Positions 9,722-18,649 of a stretch of 64,000 nt of DNA are shown piece by piece. Source of the DNA: Candidatus Micrarchaeota archaeon (GTDB lineage: Archaea; Micrarchaeota; Micrarchaeia; Micrarchaeales; CABMGC01); the NCBI GenBank assembly GCA_021827925.1, contig JAKATZ010000014.1:3551-67550 (forward strand), given 5' to 3'. How positions within the stretch are numbered: position 1 is the stretch's first letter; every line of letters begins with the position of its first letter. The translations under genes and the position numbers were made by a program. The notes under the pieces were generated by a model. That model did no database searches. It was given only the letters and a program-made list of their open reading frames with translations, and had not been told where the DNA came from.

Positions 9722-10790
9722 CGCGGAGATAGAGGTTTGGGATGGCGTCTTCTTCAACCCGAGAATGAAAGGGCTCAGAGACCTTTCGGCGCTGTTCGTT
9801 TCAGAGGCATCTGGAAATGGCAGGCTTCTTGACTGTACAGCCGCAACAGGAATAAGGGGCATAAGGTACGCAAAGGAAGCAGGAATGGAGAATGCTGTTT
9901 TGCTCGACATGAACAGGCGGGCCTATGAGAACTCTGCAATCAATGTCAGGAAGAATGGGCTAGTACTTGATACAAGGAATGAGAGCGTGCAGAGATTCGC
10001 CAACACTTCCGATGGTTCTTTTGATGTTATAGACTTGGATCCTTTCGGATCGCCGGCTCCAGAACTGTACGACATAATGAAAGTTTCGAGGAATGACACG
10101 CTCCTGATGGTGACTGCTACAGATACGGCAGTCCTGTGCGGCGCGCACAGCAGCGCATGCCTTAAGATCTACGGGGCGAAGGCACTCCATAGTGTACACT
10201 GCAAGGAGGCTGGAATAAGGATTCTGATCGGTTATATTATAAGGACGGCCGCCCAGTTCAACTTCGGATGCGAAGCAATGCTTAGCGTGTCGGATATGCA
10301 CTACATGAGAGCATTCGTAAAGCTAGGTGCGGGAGCGGGGGCGGCGGTGGCTTCGGTCAAGAAGCTAGGTTTTGGGACATACTGCAGAAACTGCGTATTT
10401 GCACAGGCCGGCGCGGGAAATACGCCTCGCCTTCGGGATAAATGCGAACATTGCGGAGGAAAGACCGAGGCATTCGGCCCTCTTTTCACTGGCAGGCTTA
10501 AGTCGGATGAGCTGCTCGCAAGAATGGAAAAGAGTAATAGCGAAGCAGGACTTGCAAAGAAGCTCTCGGAACTGCGCTCCGAGATCGATGCTCTGTTCTT
10601 TTTTAACATACCTGCCGTTACGAAGAGCATGGGCATCAGTTCTGTCTCCCCTTCAGCAGTGATGGAAAAGCTGGCAGAGAACGGATATTCTTCAAGCTCC
10701 ACGCAATTCAGCAAGGACAGCATAAAAACCGAGGCTGGACCGGCTGATTTGAAGAGGGCAGTGCGCGAGGCTAGGGAGTCACTACGGTAG
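9699..10790 (+). CDS. trm1: tRNA (guanine26-N2)-dimethyltransferase Trm1
   Basis: FFNPRM..LRDLS, LDCTAATGIRGIRYA and IDLDPFGSPAP, plus a C-terminal Cys cluster CRNC...CEHCG. Confidence 0.85.
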   Translation: MKEIREGSAEIEVWDGVFFNPRMKGLRDLSALFVSEASGNGRLLDCTAATGIRGIRYAKEAGMENAVLLDMNRRAYENSAINVRKNGLVLDTRNESVQRFANTSDGSFDVIDLDPFGSPAPELYDIMKVSRNDTLLMVTATDTAVLCGAHSSACLKIYGAKALHSVHCKEAGIRILIGYIIRTAAQFNFGCEAMLSVSDMHYMRAFVKLGAGAGAAVASVKKLGFGTYCRNCVFAQAGAGNTPRLRDKCEHCGGKTEAFGPLFTGRLKSDELLARMEKSNSEAGLAKKLSELRSEIDALFFFNIPAVTKSMGISSVSPSAVMEKLAENGYSSSSTQFSKDSIKTEAGPADLKRAVREARESLR

Positions 10791-11640
10791 ACTTGAGGCG
10801 CAGTGCGGCATACGGATCGGATATGCTCCCTATGGCTGCCTTCTTTCCCGTCCTGCGGGCGAAGTCCACACATGCCCTCACTTTCGGCAGCATGCTCCCT
10901 TCCTCGAATTCGCCTTCCCTTATCATTCTCTCCGCTTCTTCGGCGCGCACCGTGTTGATCATGAGTTGAGATCTGCTGCCAAAATCAAGATAGGCTCCGT
11001 CCACGTTTGTCAGTATCACCATCCTGTCCACACCGGCCAGAGAGGCGAGCAGAGAGGATATATAATCTTTGTCTATCACTGCGTCAGAGTATACTTCTCG
11101 TTTTCCTCTGCGCTTCATTGCAACTCCGCCGCCTCCTGCGGCGATGACTATATGGCCCCCTGAGAGAAGCTCTTTTATCACGCCTAGACCCGCAATGTCC
11201 AGAGGTTTTGGGGAAGGGACTACCCTGCGAAGACCACCCTTCAGTTTCTTTATCGAGAAGCCGCGCTCTCGCATCACTTTCGCTTCTCTTGGCGTAAGGA
11301 ACTTTCCTATGGGTTTTGTCGGCTCCCTGAATTCATCGTCATTGCCATCTACCAGCACAGGGGTTATCATTATGACCACGTCGTTTTTCAGCCCTTTTTT
11401 ACCAAGCTCGTCGATCAAGCTGCTGCGTATCTCAAGCCCTATCTCCGCTTCTGTTTGCGCGGTGAGCAAGGCTAGGCTCTTATTCTCCTCCAAGGCCAGT
11501 TCCCCCACCTGGGGGCCATTGCCATGTGTTAGGATTATGCTGTTTCCCTCTTTCCTGAGACGAGCTATCGCTTCAGAAACTTTTCCGAGCTTCTTTTCAG
11601 AGGTTATAGCATTACCGCCCATCGCAACAAGGTATCTCAT
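10771..11640 (-). CDS. arcC: Carbamate kinase-like protein
   Basis: MRYLVAMGGNAI and THGNGPQVG are hallmark carbamate kinase motifs, and GGGG(V/I) is present near the C-terminus. Start taken at ATG 11640. Confidence 0.75.
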   Translation of the reverse strand: MRYLVAMGGNAITSEKKLGKVSEAIARLRKEGNSIILTHGNGPQVGELALEENKSLALLTAQTEAEIGLEIRSSLIDELGKKGLKNDVVIMITPVLVDGNDDEFREPTKPIGKFLTPREAKVMRERGFSIKKLKGGLRRVVPSPKPLDIAGLGVIKELLSGGHIVIAAGGGGVAMKRRGKREVYSDAVIDKDYISSLLASLAGVDRMVILTNVDGAYLDFGSRSQLMINTVRAEEAERMIREGEFEEGSMLPKVRACVDFARRTGKKAAIGSISDPYAALRLKSTVVTP

Positions 11641-11678
11641 GCTCCCACACACGGCTGTTGCGTATGAAGGTATATATG

Positions 11679-12710
11679 TTAGCGCCCTCCTGCGTTTTCC
11701 TCAGATGTCCTTTTATTGACTTGGACCTTTCTCAGAACGGTAAGCAGGGCTTTGCCGTTCCAGTGGCCATTTGCGAGGTTCAGTCCGGAGTGCTCTCGCT
11801 GTGCCGCTCTGAACCTTCCGTGCGGCCTGGATATCTCAAGCTCCGGAGCGACTCCGAGATGCGCATATACTGCATTGGAGAACTCTCCCTTAAAGGCAGT
11901 ACCAGGGCTGGGATTCGCTGACCTAAACCTTAGTGCAAGCTCTTCGGAAGCATAGGCAGCCGTATCCGCTCTGAACAATAAAAGCAGATCGGGCATCTTT
12001 CCGAAGAAATCAGGATTGGTGCCAGAGATAGAACCCGTATCAAGTGTTTTAACTCCGGAGGTTACCCCCGGGTCTAGCTTTTCGATGAGACGCAACAGAT
12101 GCTCATGGCGAAAGTCTTCTTGATTCTCAGTGGCAGGAGAAAGCGCAATTGAAGCATAGCCGCACCGCCTAAGCTCTGAAGCCGCCTCTGCGGCAGGAGC
12201 GAGATATTCGAAATGCAGGTCTGCCCATTCGGTTGAGGATAGTCTAAGGGATTTTAACTTGAGGAGAAGACCTGTAAGAAACCCCATGTCCTCTTTCAGA
12301 GCGGCGATGCCGTGAGCCTCTGGCTTGTGATGCTCGTTGGCGAACCATCGTTCCAGAAGGTCCGTTGCTTTCTTTTCTTTTCCATCGAGATAGAAGAGTG
12401 TGGCATTTGCGATTGCAGGACCAAGGAGAAGGCGCGCTGGAGTGCGCTTAGTTCCGAAGGATCTGAGGTGCAGCAGTGTGATCCCCGGGAGGATGGATTT
12501 CAGCTCCAATGATTCGGCTTCGCTTACAGGCCTGGCGTAAATCACGTATCCCTGATGGAGTAGCATATCGCGGATTGCAGCCACGCTGCTTGACGCATGG
12601 ACTAGGCGCTTTGCATCTGTCACAGTAGTATCAGGGCGCCGCTGTGCGGCTAGGAACTGTAGCCTTTTGTCCGGAACCTTTTGCCTCATGCCAGGATTTA
12701 TCGCTGCCAT
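11679..12710 (-). CDS. Hypothetical protein (343 aa)
   Basis: A long ORF with no recognised motif. Confidence 0.4.
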   Translation of the reverse strand: MAAINPGMRQKVPDKRLQFLAAQRRPDTTVTDAKRLVHASSSVAAIRDMLLHQGYVIYARPVSEAESLELKSILPGITLLHLRSFGTKRTPARLLLGPAIANATLFYLDGKEKKATDLLERWFANEHHKPEAHGIAALKEDMGFLTGLLLKLKSLRLSSTEWADLHFEYLAPAAEAASELRRCGYASIALSPATENQEDFRHEHLLRLIEKLDPGVTSGVKTLDTGSISGTNPDFFGKMPDLLLLFRADTAAYASEELALRFRSANPSPGTAFKGEFSNAVYAHLGVAPELEISRPHGRFRAAQREHSGLNLANGHWNGKALLTVLRKVQVNKRTSEENAGGR

Positions 12711-12752
12711 CCTGATTTACCTTTGAAACAGGCAATCGCAGAAAGGTGCATT

Positions 12753-13484
12753 TTACTTCTTCTGCTGTGCCTTCGAATCGGAGAATATCATGTGAGTATT
12801 TGACTCGAAGCCTATTGCAGACTTAAATGCATCAGCATCTATAGTTATGGTGCTGTCGGAATAAGGGTCATTGATATAGAACGCATCCTTGTCGTATCCC
12901 TTTACGACAACCCAGTGTGGGGATGAATCGAGGTAGGAATTTATCAGATTTGCATCTATCAGGACTATCGGGATGTAATTTGCAGATAGCGCCTTCTTGA
13001 TCGTCTGTGCCGTAACAACTCCGTGATCTTCGTCCACTTCGGAGGATACAGACTTCTGCCGTATCTCGTTGAATGACGCTGCAAGAGTATCAAGGTTGAC
13101 ATTCTCGTATACGGCCATCTTCTTATCATAGCCTTCATCCTTTGTGTTGCTCAGTATCCCTACCTTGGCGCCTCTTTTCGAAAGTGCGTATGCTATGCCA
13201 TACTTTGACCCATGCCATACGCTACCATTCACAGCTTCCTGCCATATGCTGTACTCGTTCTCCTTCCTGAACTTGAACTCGGGATCGATGTACTTGAGCA
13301 CCATCATGGCGCATGCCGCGGAACTGGTGAACTCTTCCGTCTGGGGGTAATGCGGCACTTCGAAGTGCACCTTTTCCTTTATCTTGACCTTCTTGAGCTT
13401 GCCTATGAACTTGCTCTTCGTATTTTTCACTGCGGGCTTCTTTCCTTTTGACTCTTTTTTACTATTCGACAATTTTTTCGCCAT
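12753..13484 (-). CDS. Peptidase C39-like (papain-fold) domain protein with a Lys-rich N-terminus
   Basis: VPHYPQ...SSAACAMMVLKY (Cys block) and SPHWVVVKGYD (His block) follow the Peptidase_C39_2 pattern. The first ~40 aa are very K-rich. Confidence 0.6.
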   Translation of the reverse strand: MAKKLSNSKKESKGKKPAVKNTKSKFIGKLKKVKIKEKVHFEVPHYPQTEEFTSSAACAMMVLKYIDPEFKFRKENEYSIWQEAVNGSVWHGSKYGIAYALSKRGAKVGILSNTKDEGYDKKMAVYENVNLDTLAASFNEIRQKSVSSEVDEDHGVVTAQTIKKALSANYIPIVLIDANLINSYLDSSPHWVVVKGYDKDAFYINDPYSDSTITIDADAFKSAIGFESNTHMIFSDSKAQQKK

Positions 13485-13511
13485 AATACCAGCCGTTCAT
13501 AAGATAGCATG

Positions 13512-13612
13512 TGCAGGGGGAGAGATTTGCTCGGATTGCATTTTGAACTCTCGTAGGCCTAAGCCAACAGATCTTGAGTCTGCCGCATTTGACCAAGCTC
13601 TGCCACCCCTGC
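13512..13612 (-). tRNA. tRNA-Leu (anticodon CAA), class II, with a putative 16-nt intron in the T-loop
   Basis: Folded by hand. The acceptor stem GCAGGGG/CCCCTGC is perfect. The anticodon arm is GCAGA-CUCAAGA-UCUGU and there is a long variable arm. The T stem is GAGAG/CUCUC, but the loop is 23 nt (UUCAAA-AUGCAAUCCGAGCAAA-U) instead of UUCAAAU. The insert lies at about 13526-13541. Confidence 0.75.
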
Positions 13613-13691
13613 AGCAGCAACTTATTGACATAAACACATAATTAAATCTTTCACCTTAGATGGTTTTCTTCTCATATTTAATACTTTCTAT

Positions 13692-14501
13692 TTAGTTCTG
13701 CTGCTGATTTGCGTCGACAAAAAGGAATCCCATGACCCCGCCTACCTTCGCAAGATAGACAGAATAAGTATCGCTCGTATCATAATGTGCATTCATAAGT
13801 CCCAGTATCCATGCATCGAAATTGCTCGTGTTTCTTGCGCCAGAGTAACTTGGCTCGCTTAGAAGCTTGATGAAGTACGCTCCGAATGATTCTATCGAGT
13901 TGAAGTCAGACCAACCGTTGACAGGGCCCCTGAGTCCTCCGAAGTCTAAGTTTTGGACTGCTAGAGGGGAAGTGAAATATCCCGTTTCTTCAGCCCAGAG
14001 AGAAAAGATAAACCTCCAAGGAACATCCAGTGCTGAGGCACAATTCTGGGCGGTGACTATGATCTTAAGCACTTCGGACTGCTCGGAAAGATATGAAGGC
14101 ACCCCCTGGCCCTGAGGCAATGCGCCGCCGTTGCCGGATTGAATCGCTCCCTTCTTTATCTCTTGCGAGAGCCTTGACGCCTCGGAAGACAGCTCTTCTG
14201 CATCCATTTGGCGTTGCAGCTTCACATTCGGAGATGCGGAAGTGGAAGGAACTGTTGGAGTTGCTGCGGAAGAGTGCTCTGCGGTGGTTGACGAAGGGAC
14301 TGGACGTTGGATGGCAGGTCCAGCAGGACTCACTTCGGTCGTTACAGCTTCCTTCCTCAGAAGGTCTGCAAGGCCCACCGTGGCACCGATTATGGCCACT
14401 CTGAAGAAGGAACCTGCCGCGAGCGCTTTGATTGCAGTGGCCCTCGTGACCTTCGGTGGGGCGGCTTGCTCCGGATAGAGCTTTTCTCTCGTATTGGGCA
14501 T
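13692..14501 (-). CDS. Membrane-anchored secreted protein with a C-terminal GH73/glucosaminidase-like domain
   Basis: An N-terminal signal-anchor helix is followed by a Ser/Thr/Pro-rich linker. Then LWAEETGYFTSPLAVQNLDFGGLRG...FNSIESFGAYFIKLL...NAHYDTSDTY parallels the glucosaminidase consensus A.LESGWG.S.LA..NNLFGIK...S.E.S..DY..LL...YATDP.Y. Confidence 0.5.
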   Translation of the reverse strand: MPNTREKLYPEQAAPPKVTRATAIKALAAGSFFRVAIIGATVGLADLLRKEAVTTEVSPAGPAIQRPVPSSTTAEHSSAATPTVPSTSASPNVKLQRQMDAEELSSEASRLSQEIKKGAIQSGNGGALPQGQGVPSYLSEQSEVLKIIVTAQNCASALDVPWRFIFSLWAEETGYFTSPLAVQNLDFGGLRGPVNGWSDFNSIESFGAYFIKLLSEPSYSGARNTSNFDAWILGLMNAHYDTSDTYSVYLAKVGGVMGFLFVDANQQQN

Positions 14502-14693
14502 GGTATCGGTCGTTGCTTCTGCTCCTTAAGGAACCGCGGCGCAGTGGTGGCTGCGCCATAAGCATTAGTATGCATATTATGTGCTAGATAATATTTAGCC
14601 TTTGCGTTACTGGACTGTGGCGGTATGCAATCTCGTAAAACGCTCGTGCATAATATATACCTATTCTGAGCATTACAAGGCAAAGGAGTTAAG

Positions 14694-16133
14694 ATGGAGC
14701 TGAAGAAGATTTCTGAAGTGAAATTTGAGATTGAAAAGGGAGCCGTGCTTGGAATGAACACAGGAGTTACCGTGTACAGCACTGAAAACATGCTGCATAA
14801 GATAATGCAGGACAGGACTCTCCAGCAAGCCGCGAATGCTGCCACTCTTCCAGGCCTTGCGGGTAACGTGCTTGTAATGCCCGATGGGCACGAGGGCTAC
14901 GGTTTCCCGGTAGGAGGAGTAGCTGCCTTCGATGCGGAAGACGGCATCATATCCCCGGGAATGATAGGATTCGATATTAACTGCGGAATACGCGTTATAA
15001 AGACCAACCTGGTTGAAAAAGAGATCAGGGACAATGCCAAGAAACTCGCGGATGCCCTTTTCGAGAATGTTCCCAGCGGGGTAGGGAGCAAGAGGAATAC
15101 AGGCATAGGGGAGAGAGATCTCCAGAAGGTAGCCGAGGAGGGAGTGGGGTTCATGATAGGCAGGGGTTTCGGTCGCACGGACGATCCAGAGAACCTGGAA
15201 GAGAAAGGACACATGCTCGGAGCCGACTTCTCCAAGGTGAGCAGGGAAGCAAAGGCAAGGGGTCTCAATCAGCTAGGCACATTAGGCGCGGGAAACCATT
15301 TCCTTGAAGTACAGGAAGTCGAGAAGGTTTTTGACGAGGGCATAGCCAGAGCGTACGGCCTGCATGAGGGAGAGGTTGTAGTGATGGTGCACACTGGCTC
15401 AAGAGGATTCGGACACCAGATATGCAGCGATTACCTCAGGAGCCTTCTCACATACCAGAAGGAGCACGGGATAACGCTTGTTGACAAGGAGCTGAGCTAT
15501 GCAAGGATAGGTAGCCGCGAAGCTTCTGATTATCTTGCTGCAATGAAATGCGGAGTTAATTATGCATTTACAAACAGGCAGATAATCACAGATTCCATAA
15601 GAAAGAGCTTTGAGCAAGTTTTCGGAAAGAGCTCCGATGCGCTTGGAATGGATATACTTTACGATGTTGCGCATAACATAGCCAAGCTTGAGGAGCATAG
15701 AGTCGCTAACAGTAGGAGGAAGGTTTATGTACACAGGAAGGGCGCTACAAGAGCTTTTCCGAAAGACATGGGTGAGGTGCCTAAGAAGTACAGACACATT
15801 GGGCAGCCTGTCCTGATACCCGGAAGCATGAGCACAGGCAGTTACATACTCTGCGGCATGGAAGGCTCCATGAGCGAGAGTTTTGGATCCTCATGCCACG
15901 GATCCGGACGGGTGATGTCAAGGCACCAGGCACTCAGGGAGATACCTTCGTCTAAAACCTTCGGGGTACTGAAGAGAAAGAACGTAGAGATAAGGATAAA
16001 GACCAGAAAGCTCGTCAGCGAGGAGGCGGAGTGGGCGTACAAGAGCGTCGATGAAGTAGTAGGAGTTGTAGAGAAGGCAGGCATATCAAGGATAGTCTCA
16101 AGAAACGTACCGCTGATAGTTATAAAGGGCTGA
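14694..16133 (+). CDS. rtcB: RNA-splicing ligase RtcB
   Basis: PDGHEGYGFPVGG, GFDINCG, GAGNHFLEVQ, HTGSRGFGHQ, HRKGATRA and SSCHGSGR. Confidence 0.95.
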   Translation: MELKKISEVKFEIEKGAVLGMNTGVTVYSTENMLHKIMQDRTLQQAANAATLPGLAGNVLVMPDGHEGYGFPVGGVAAFDAEDGIISPGMIGFDINCGIRVIKTNLVEKEIRDNAKKLADALFENVPSGVGSKRNTGIGERDLQKVAEEGVGFMIGRGFGRTDDPENLEEKGHMLGADFSKVSREAKARGLNQLGTLGAGNHFLEVQEVEKVFDEGIARAYGLHEGEVVVMVHTGSRGFGHQICSDYLRSLLTYQKEHGITLVDKELSYARIGSREASDYLAAMKCGVNYAFTNRQIITDSIRKSFEQVFGKSSDALGMDILYDVAHNIAKLEEHRVANSRRKVYVHRKGATRAFPKDMGEVPKKYRHIGQPVLIPGSMSTGSYILCGMEGSMSESFGSSCHGSGRVMSRHQALREIPSSKTFGVLKRKNVEIRIKTRKLVSEEAEWAYKSVDEVVGVVEKAGISRIVSRNVPLIVIKG

Positions 16134-16134
16134 A

Positions 16135-16947
16135 TTACATCTCTGTCTTCTTTATGAAATCGTCGACCCTGACAGAGAAACTTGCGGCCATTGGCATGCG
16201 GATTTTCTCAGATAGCTTCTGCAGTATCATCCGCGCTTCGGCGTATTTGCCCCTGCGGAAGAGACTCCTTGAAAGATAATAGTATGAATTAGGAGAACCG
16301 CGGATGAGCATTGGCGAAAGAAGACTTTCCGGATTACCGGAAGAATACTCAACCGCGTACACCATGCGTGCGTACTGCAGGGACAGTATCACGGTGCCCG
16401 ATGATTCAAGAAGGTCAAGGGATCTCTTTGCGTATAGCCTTCTCTTTAGCCTCACATTGGTTATGAATCTTAGATATTCTACGCTCCTATAAGGAGATGA
16501 CTTCTGCTTCTCCGCAGAGAGACGGAGGAATTTGAACGCCGATTCTTTCTCTTTAGAGACCAGATCGAGTGACGCGTAAACGTTTGATGAGTTCTCCTCC
16601 ATGAATCCGGAGCGGTTATAATCCCTGTCGTAGTAACGTGCGTCAGAAGCTGCAGCGTAGATCGCGAAGGAGCCGAATAGAACGCGAAGGTCCGTTGCTT
16701 TCGAGGATAATGCATCGGTAGCCTTAAGCGCGTCTTCGAAGCTTGATGAGCTTATGAGTTTCTGTATCACAGATAGCTTGGCGTACGTTTCATCGGCCTT
16801 TATCGCTTCCTCCGCCGTATTAACGTATGCTTCGCAGAAGTGGCAGATCGTATCCTTGGAGGATATTGCGTATGTTATTGAGCCGCAATAGCCACATGCT
16901 AGCTCAGAGAACTCCCTATCGAGGGCGGAGTATTCAGAACGTGGCAT
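16135..16947 (-). CDS. Hypothetical protein with an N-terminal zinc ribbon and a helical C-terminal region
   Basis: CGYCGS...CHFCEA sits at the N-terminus. The rest is predicted helical. No family recognised. Confidence 0.4.
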   Translation of the reverse strand: MPRSEYSALDREFSELACGYCGSITYAISSKDTICHFCEAYVNTAEEAIKADETYAKLSVIQKLISSSSFEDALKATDALSSKATDLRVLFGSFAIYAAASDARYYDRDYNRSGFMEENSSNVYASLDLVSKEKESAFKFLRLSAEKQKSSPYRSVEYLRFITNVRLKRRLYAKRSLDLLESSGTVILSLQYARMVYAVEYSSGNPESLLSPMLIRGSPNSYYYLSRSLFRRGKYAEARMILQKLSEKIRMPMAASFSVRVDDFIKKTEM

Positions 16948-16998
16948 GATGTGGATTCTAGCTTTATGCTTTTATTATTATCTCCGCGGATAATGTCA

Positions 16999-18120
16999 TT
17001 AGTCCTTAAGCATGAATTCGTCCATCCTGCCGCGAAGCGCTTCCATTCTCTTCCTGTGTTCGTCGAGCATGGCGTTTATGCGTTTGGCCAGGTCAGCCTT
17101 GTGTTCGCCTGCGAGCATGCTGCCATCGCGTTCGGCGGCAAATATCTTTGCAAGTTTCTCGTCTGAAGGTTCGAAAAAGTACTTGTAGTACTGACAAACC
17201 GCACATTTTTCCGGATCCCCGCCGTACTTCTTCTGGAGCTCTGCAGTAGACTGCTGGCCTGTTATTGCACGGTTGACCTTCTTTGTTACCGTATCGCGCG
17301 AATCTGACAGGTATATCGTATTGTCGGGATCGCTGGCCGACATTTTAGGATTGCCCTTCAGCCCAGGCATGAACTTGCTGTGCATTATTGCAGGCTTGTA
17401 ATAGCCGATTTTTTCAGTGACATCCCTTGCCAGCCTGAAGTGCACGTCCTGGTCTATTCCGAGCGGTACCAAGCAGGGCACGTTCCTTCCATCTATTGCC
17501 GACTTTAGGAATGACCCTACGGCCTGCAGGCTCGTATAGAATAGCGCACCGATGTTTGTATCGTTCCCAAACCCGAAGGCGTCCTTTGTCTGCGAGAAGG
17601 TTATGTGCTTTGCTACGCGGATAGCCTGCTTGTATAAGGTATTCGCATTTTCTGTGTCTATGTAGAATTTTGTCTTCTTCGGGTCAAATCCCAGTGCGGC
17701 TATGCTAAGCGCATCCTCATGCGCAAAACCGTTTATCTTCTCAAGAGTCAGGCAGGGGTCCTTCTTTGTCAGGAATTTTTCCTCGTCTGGTATCTGTATG
17801 TAGACATCCGCACCGAATTTTTCCTGCAGCCAGAGGGCCATGGTGAAAGGAAGGAGATGCGCTATGGTCATCGTTCCCGAAGGAGCGATGCCGGTGTATA
17901 CATAGAATTTTTTCCCCTTCTCGTATTGGTCGAGAAGCCATCCGAGATCTCTGTGAGAGAAGAATATTTTTCTTCGCAGGAGGAAGTGCTCATCGCCGGC
18001 TATTGCCTTTATTCTCTCTTCCATTGCATTGTCTATGATAGAAACTCCGAAACGTTTGACAAGTTCGTCGTAATCGACCTTTCCCTCCACGTCGTAGGGT
18101 GTTACATTGAAATCCTGCAT
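16999..18120 (-). CDS. trpS: Tryptophanyl-tRNA synthetase (archaeal/eukaryotic type)
   Basis: TPYDVEG.VDYDELVKRFG N-terminus, a class I HIGH-like P-S-G-T-M-T-I-A-H, and KMSAS (KMSKS). Start taken at ATG 18120. Confidence 0.8.
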   Translation of the reverse strand: MQDFNVTPYDVEGKVDYDELVKRFGVSIIDNAMEERIKAIAGDEHFLLRRKIFFSHRDLGWLLDQYEKGKKFYVYTGIAPSGTMTIAHLLPFTMALWLQEKFGADVYIQIPDEEKFLTKKDPCLTLEKINGFAHEDALSIAALGFDPKKTKFYIDTENANTLYKQAIRVAKHITFSQTKDAFGFGNDTNIGALFYTSLQAVGSFLKSAIDGRNVPCLVPLGIDQDVHFRLARDVTEKIGYYKPAIMHSKFMPGLKGNPKMSASDPDNTIYLSDSRDTVTKKVNRAITGQQSTAELQKKYGGDPEKCAVCQYYKYFFEPSDEKLAKIFAAERDGSMLAGEHKADLAKRINAMLDEHRKRMEALRGRMDEFMLKD

Positions 18121-18325
18121 CAGAACTACCAAATGATAACATTCGCTGGCTTAATTTAAAAGCATGATAGTCCGGGCAACAGCCACAAGTTCTGCTTGGA
18201 GCATCCTGTGCATACATCTCAAACTTGTGGGAAAATCCCCCATGTGGGGTTAAACCAATAAATTCTCTCGTCGCAAGCAGTAGGAGGGGTTAATTTTTAT
18301 GTATGAGGTTATTTAAGCGTTTCGG

Positions 18326-18337
18326 ATAAATATATAT
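18326..18337 (+). promoter_or_regulatory. TATA-box-like element upstream of the rpoH operon
   Basis: ATAAATATATAT lies about 55 nt upstream of the rpoH start. Judged by sequence only. Confidence 0.3.
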
Positions 18338-18390
18338 CGTGCCTGTAGTAAGCTCTAGTGGTAGTGCTTTTTTTATGATTAGGTGTATTT

Positions 18391-18621
18391 TTGGCAAATA
18401 AGAGCGATCATGAATTTGTTCCAGTACACGAGATATTGAGTGAAAACGAAGCGAAGGATGTACTGGGATCGATGGGGCTCGAGAAGGAGAACCTGCCGAA
18501 GATAATGAAGAGCGATCCTCAAATCATCAGGATAGGCGGTGAGGAAGGAAAGGTCGTCAAGATAAGCAGGAACGATTACGGCAATGAATATTCTTATTAC
18601 AGACTTATTGTAGAGGGCTGA
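18391..18621 (+). CDS. rpoH: RNA polymerase subunit H (Rpo5)
   Basis: HEFVPVHEILSE.EA..VL and P.I...DP motifs. Size is 76 aa. TTG start. Confidence 0.85.
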   Translation: MANKSDHEFVPVHEILSENEAKDVLGSMGLEKENLPKIMKSDPQIIRIGGEEGKVVKISRNDYGNEYSYYRLIVEG

Positions 18622-18649
18622 AAGGCCACCCTGCATTCAGAGTGATTTT

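Noticed and set aside
13485-13691. Possible integrated mobile element using tRNA-Leu(CAA) as an attachment site, given the atypical flanking lytic-enzyme genes
   Set aside because: No integrase, recombinase or direct repeat of the tRNA 3' half is visible in the window. The only related sequence is the 5' half of the other tRNA-Leu, which reflects isoacceptor similarity.
14065-15212. A stack of overlapping ORFs (14065-14565, 14390-14845, 14673-15212) bridging the GH73-like gene and rtcB
   Set aside because: They overlap better-supported genes or the promoter spacer, have Arg/Ser/Cys-rich unnatural composition, and leave no consistent gene model.
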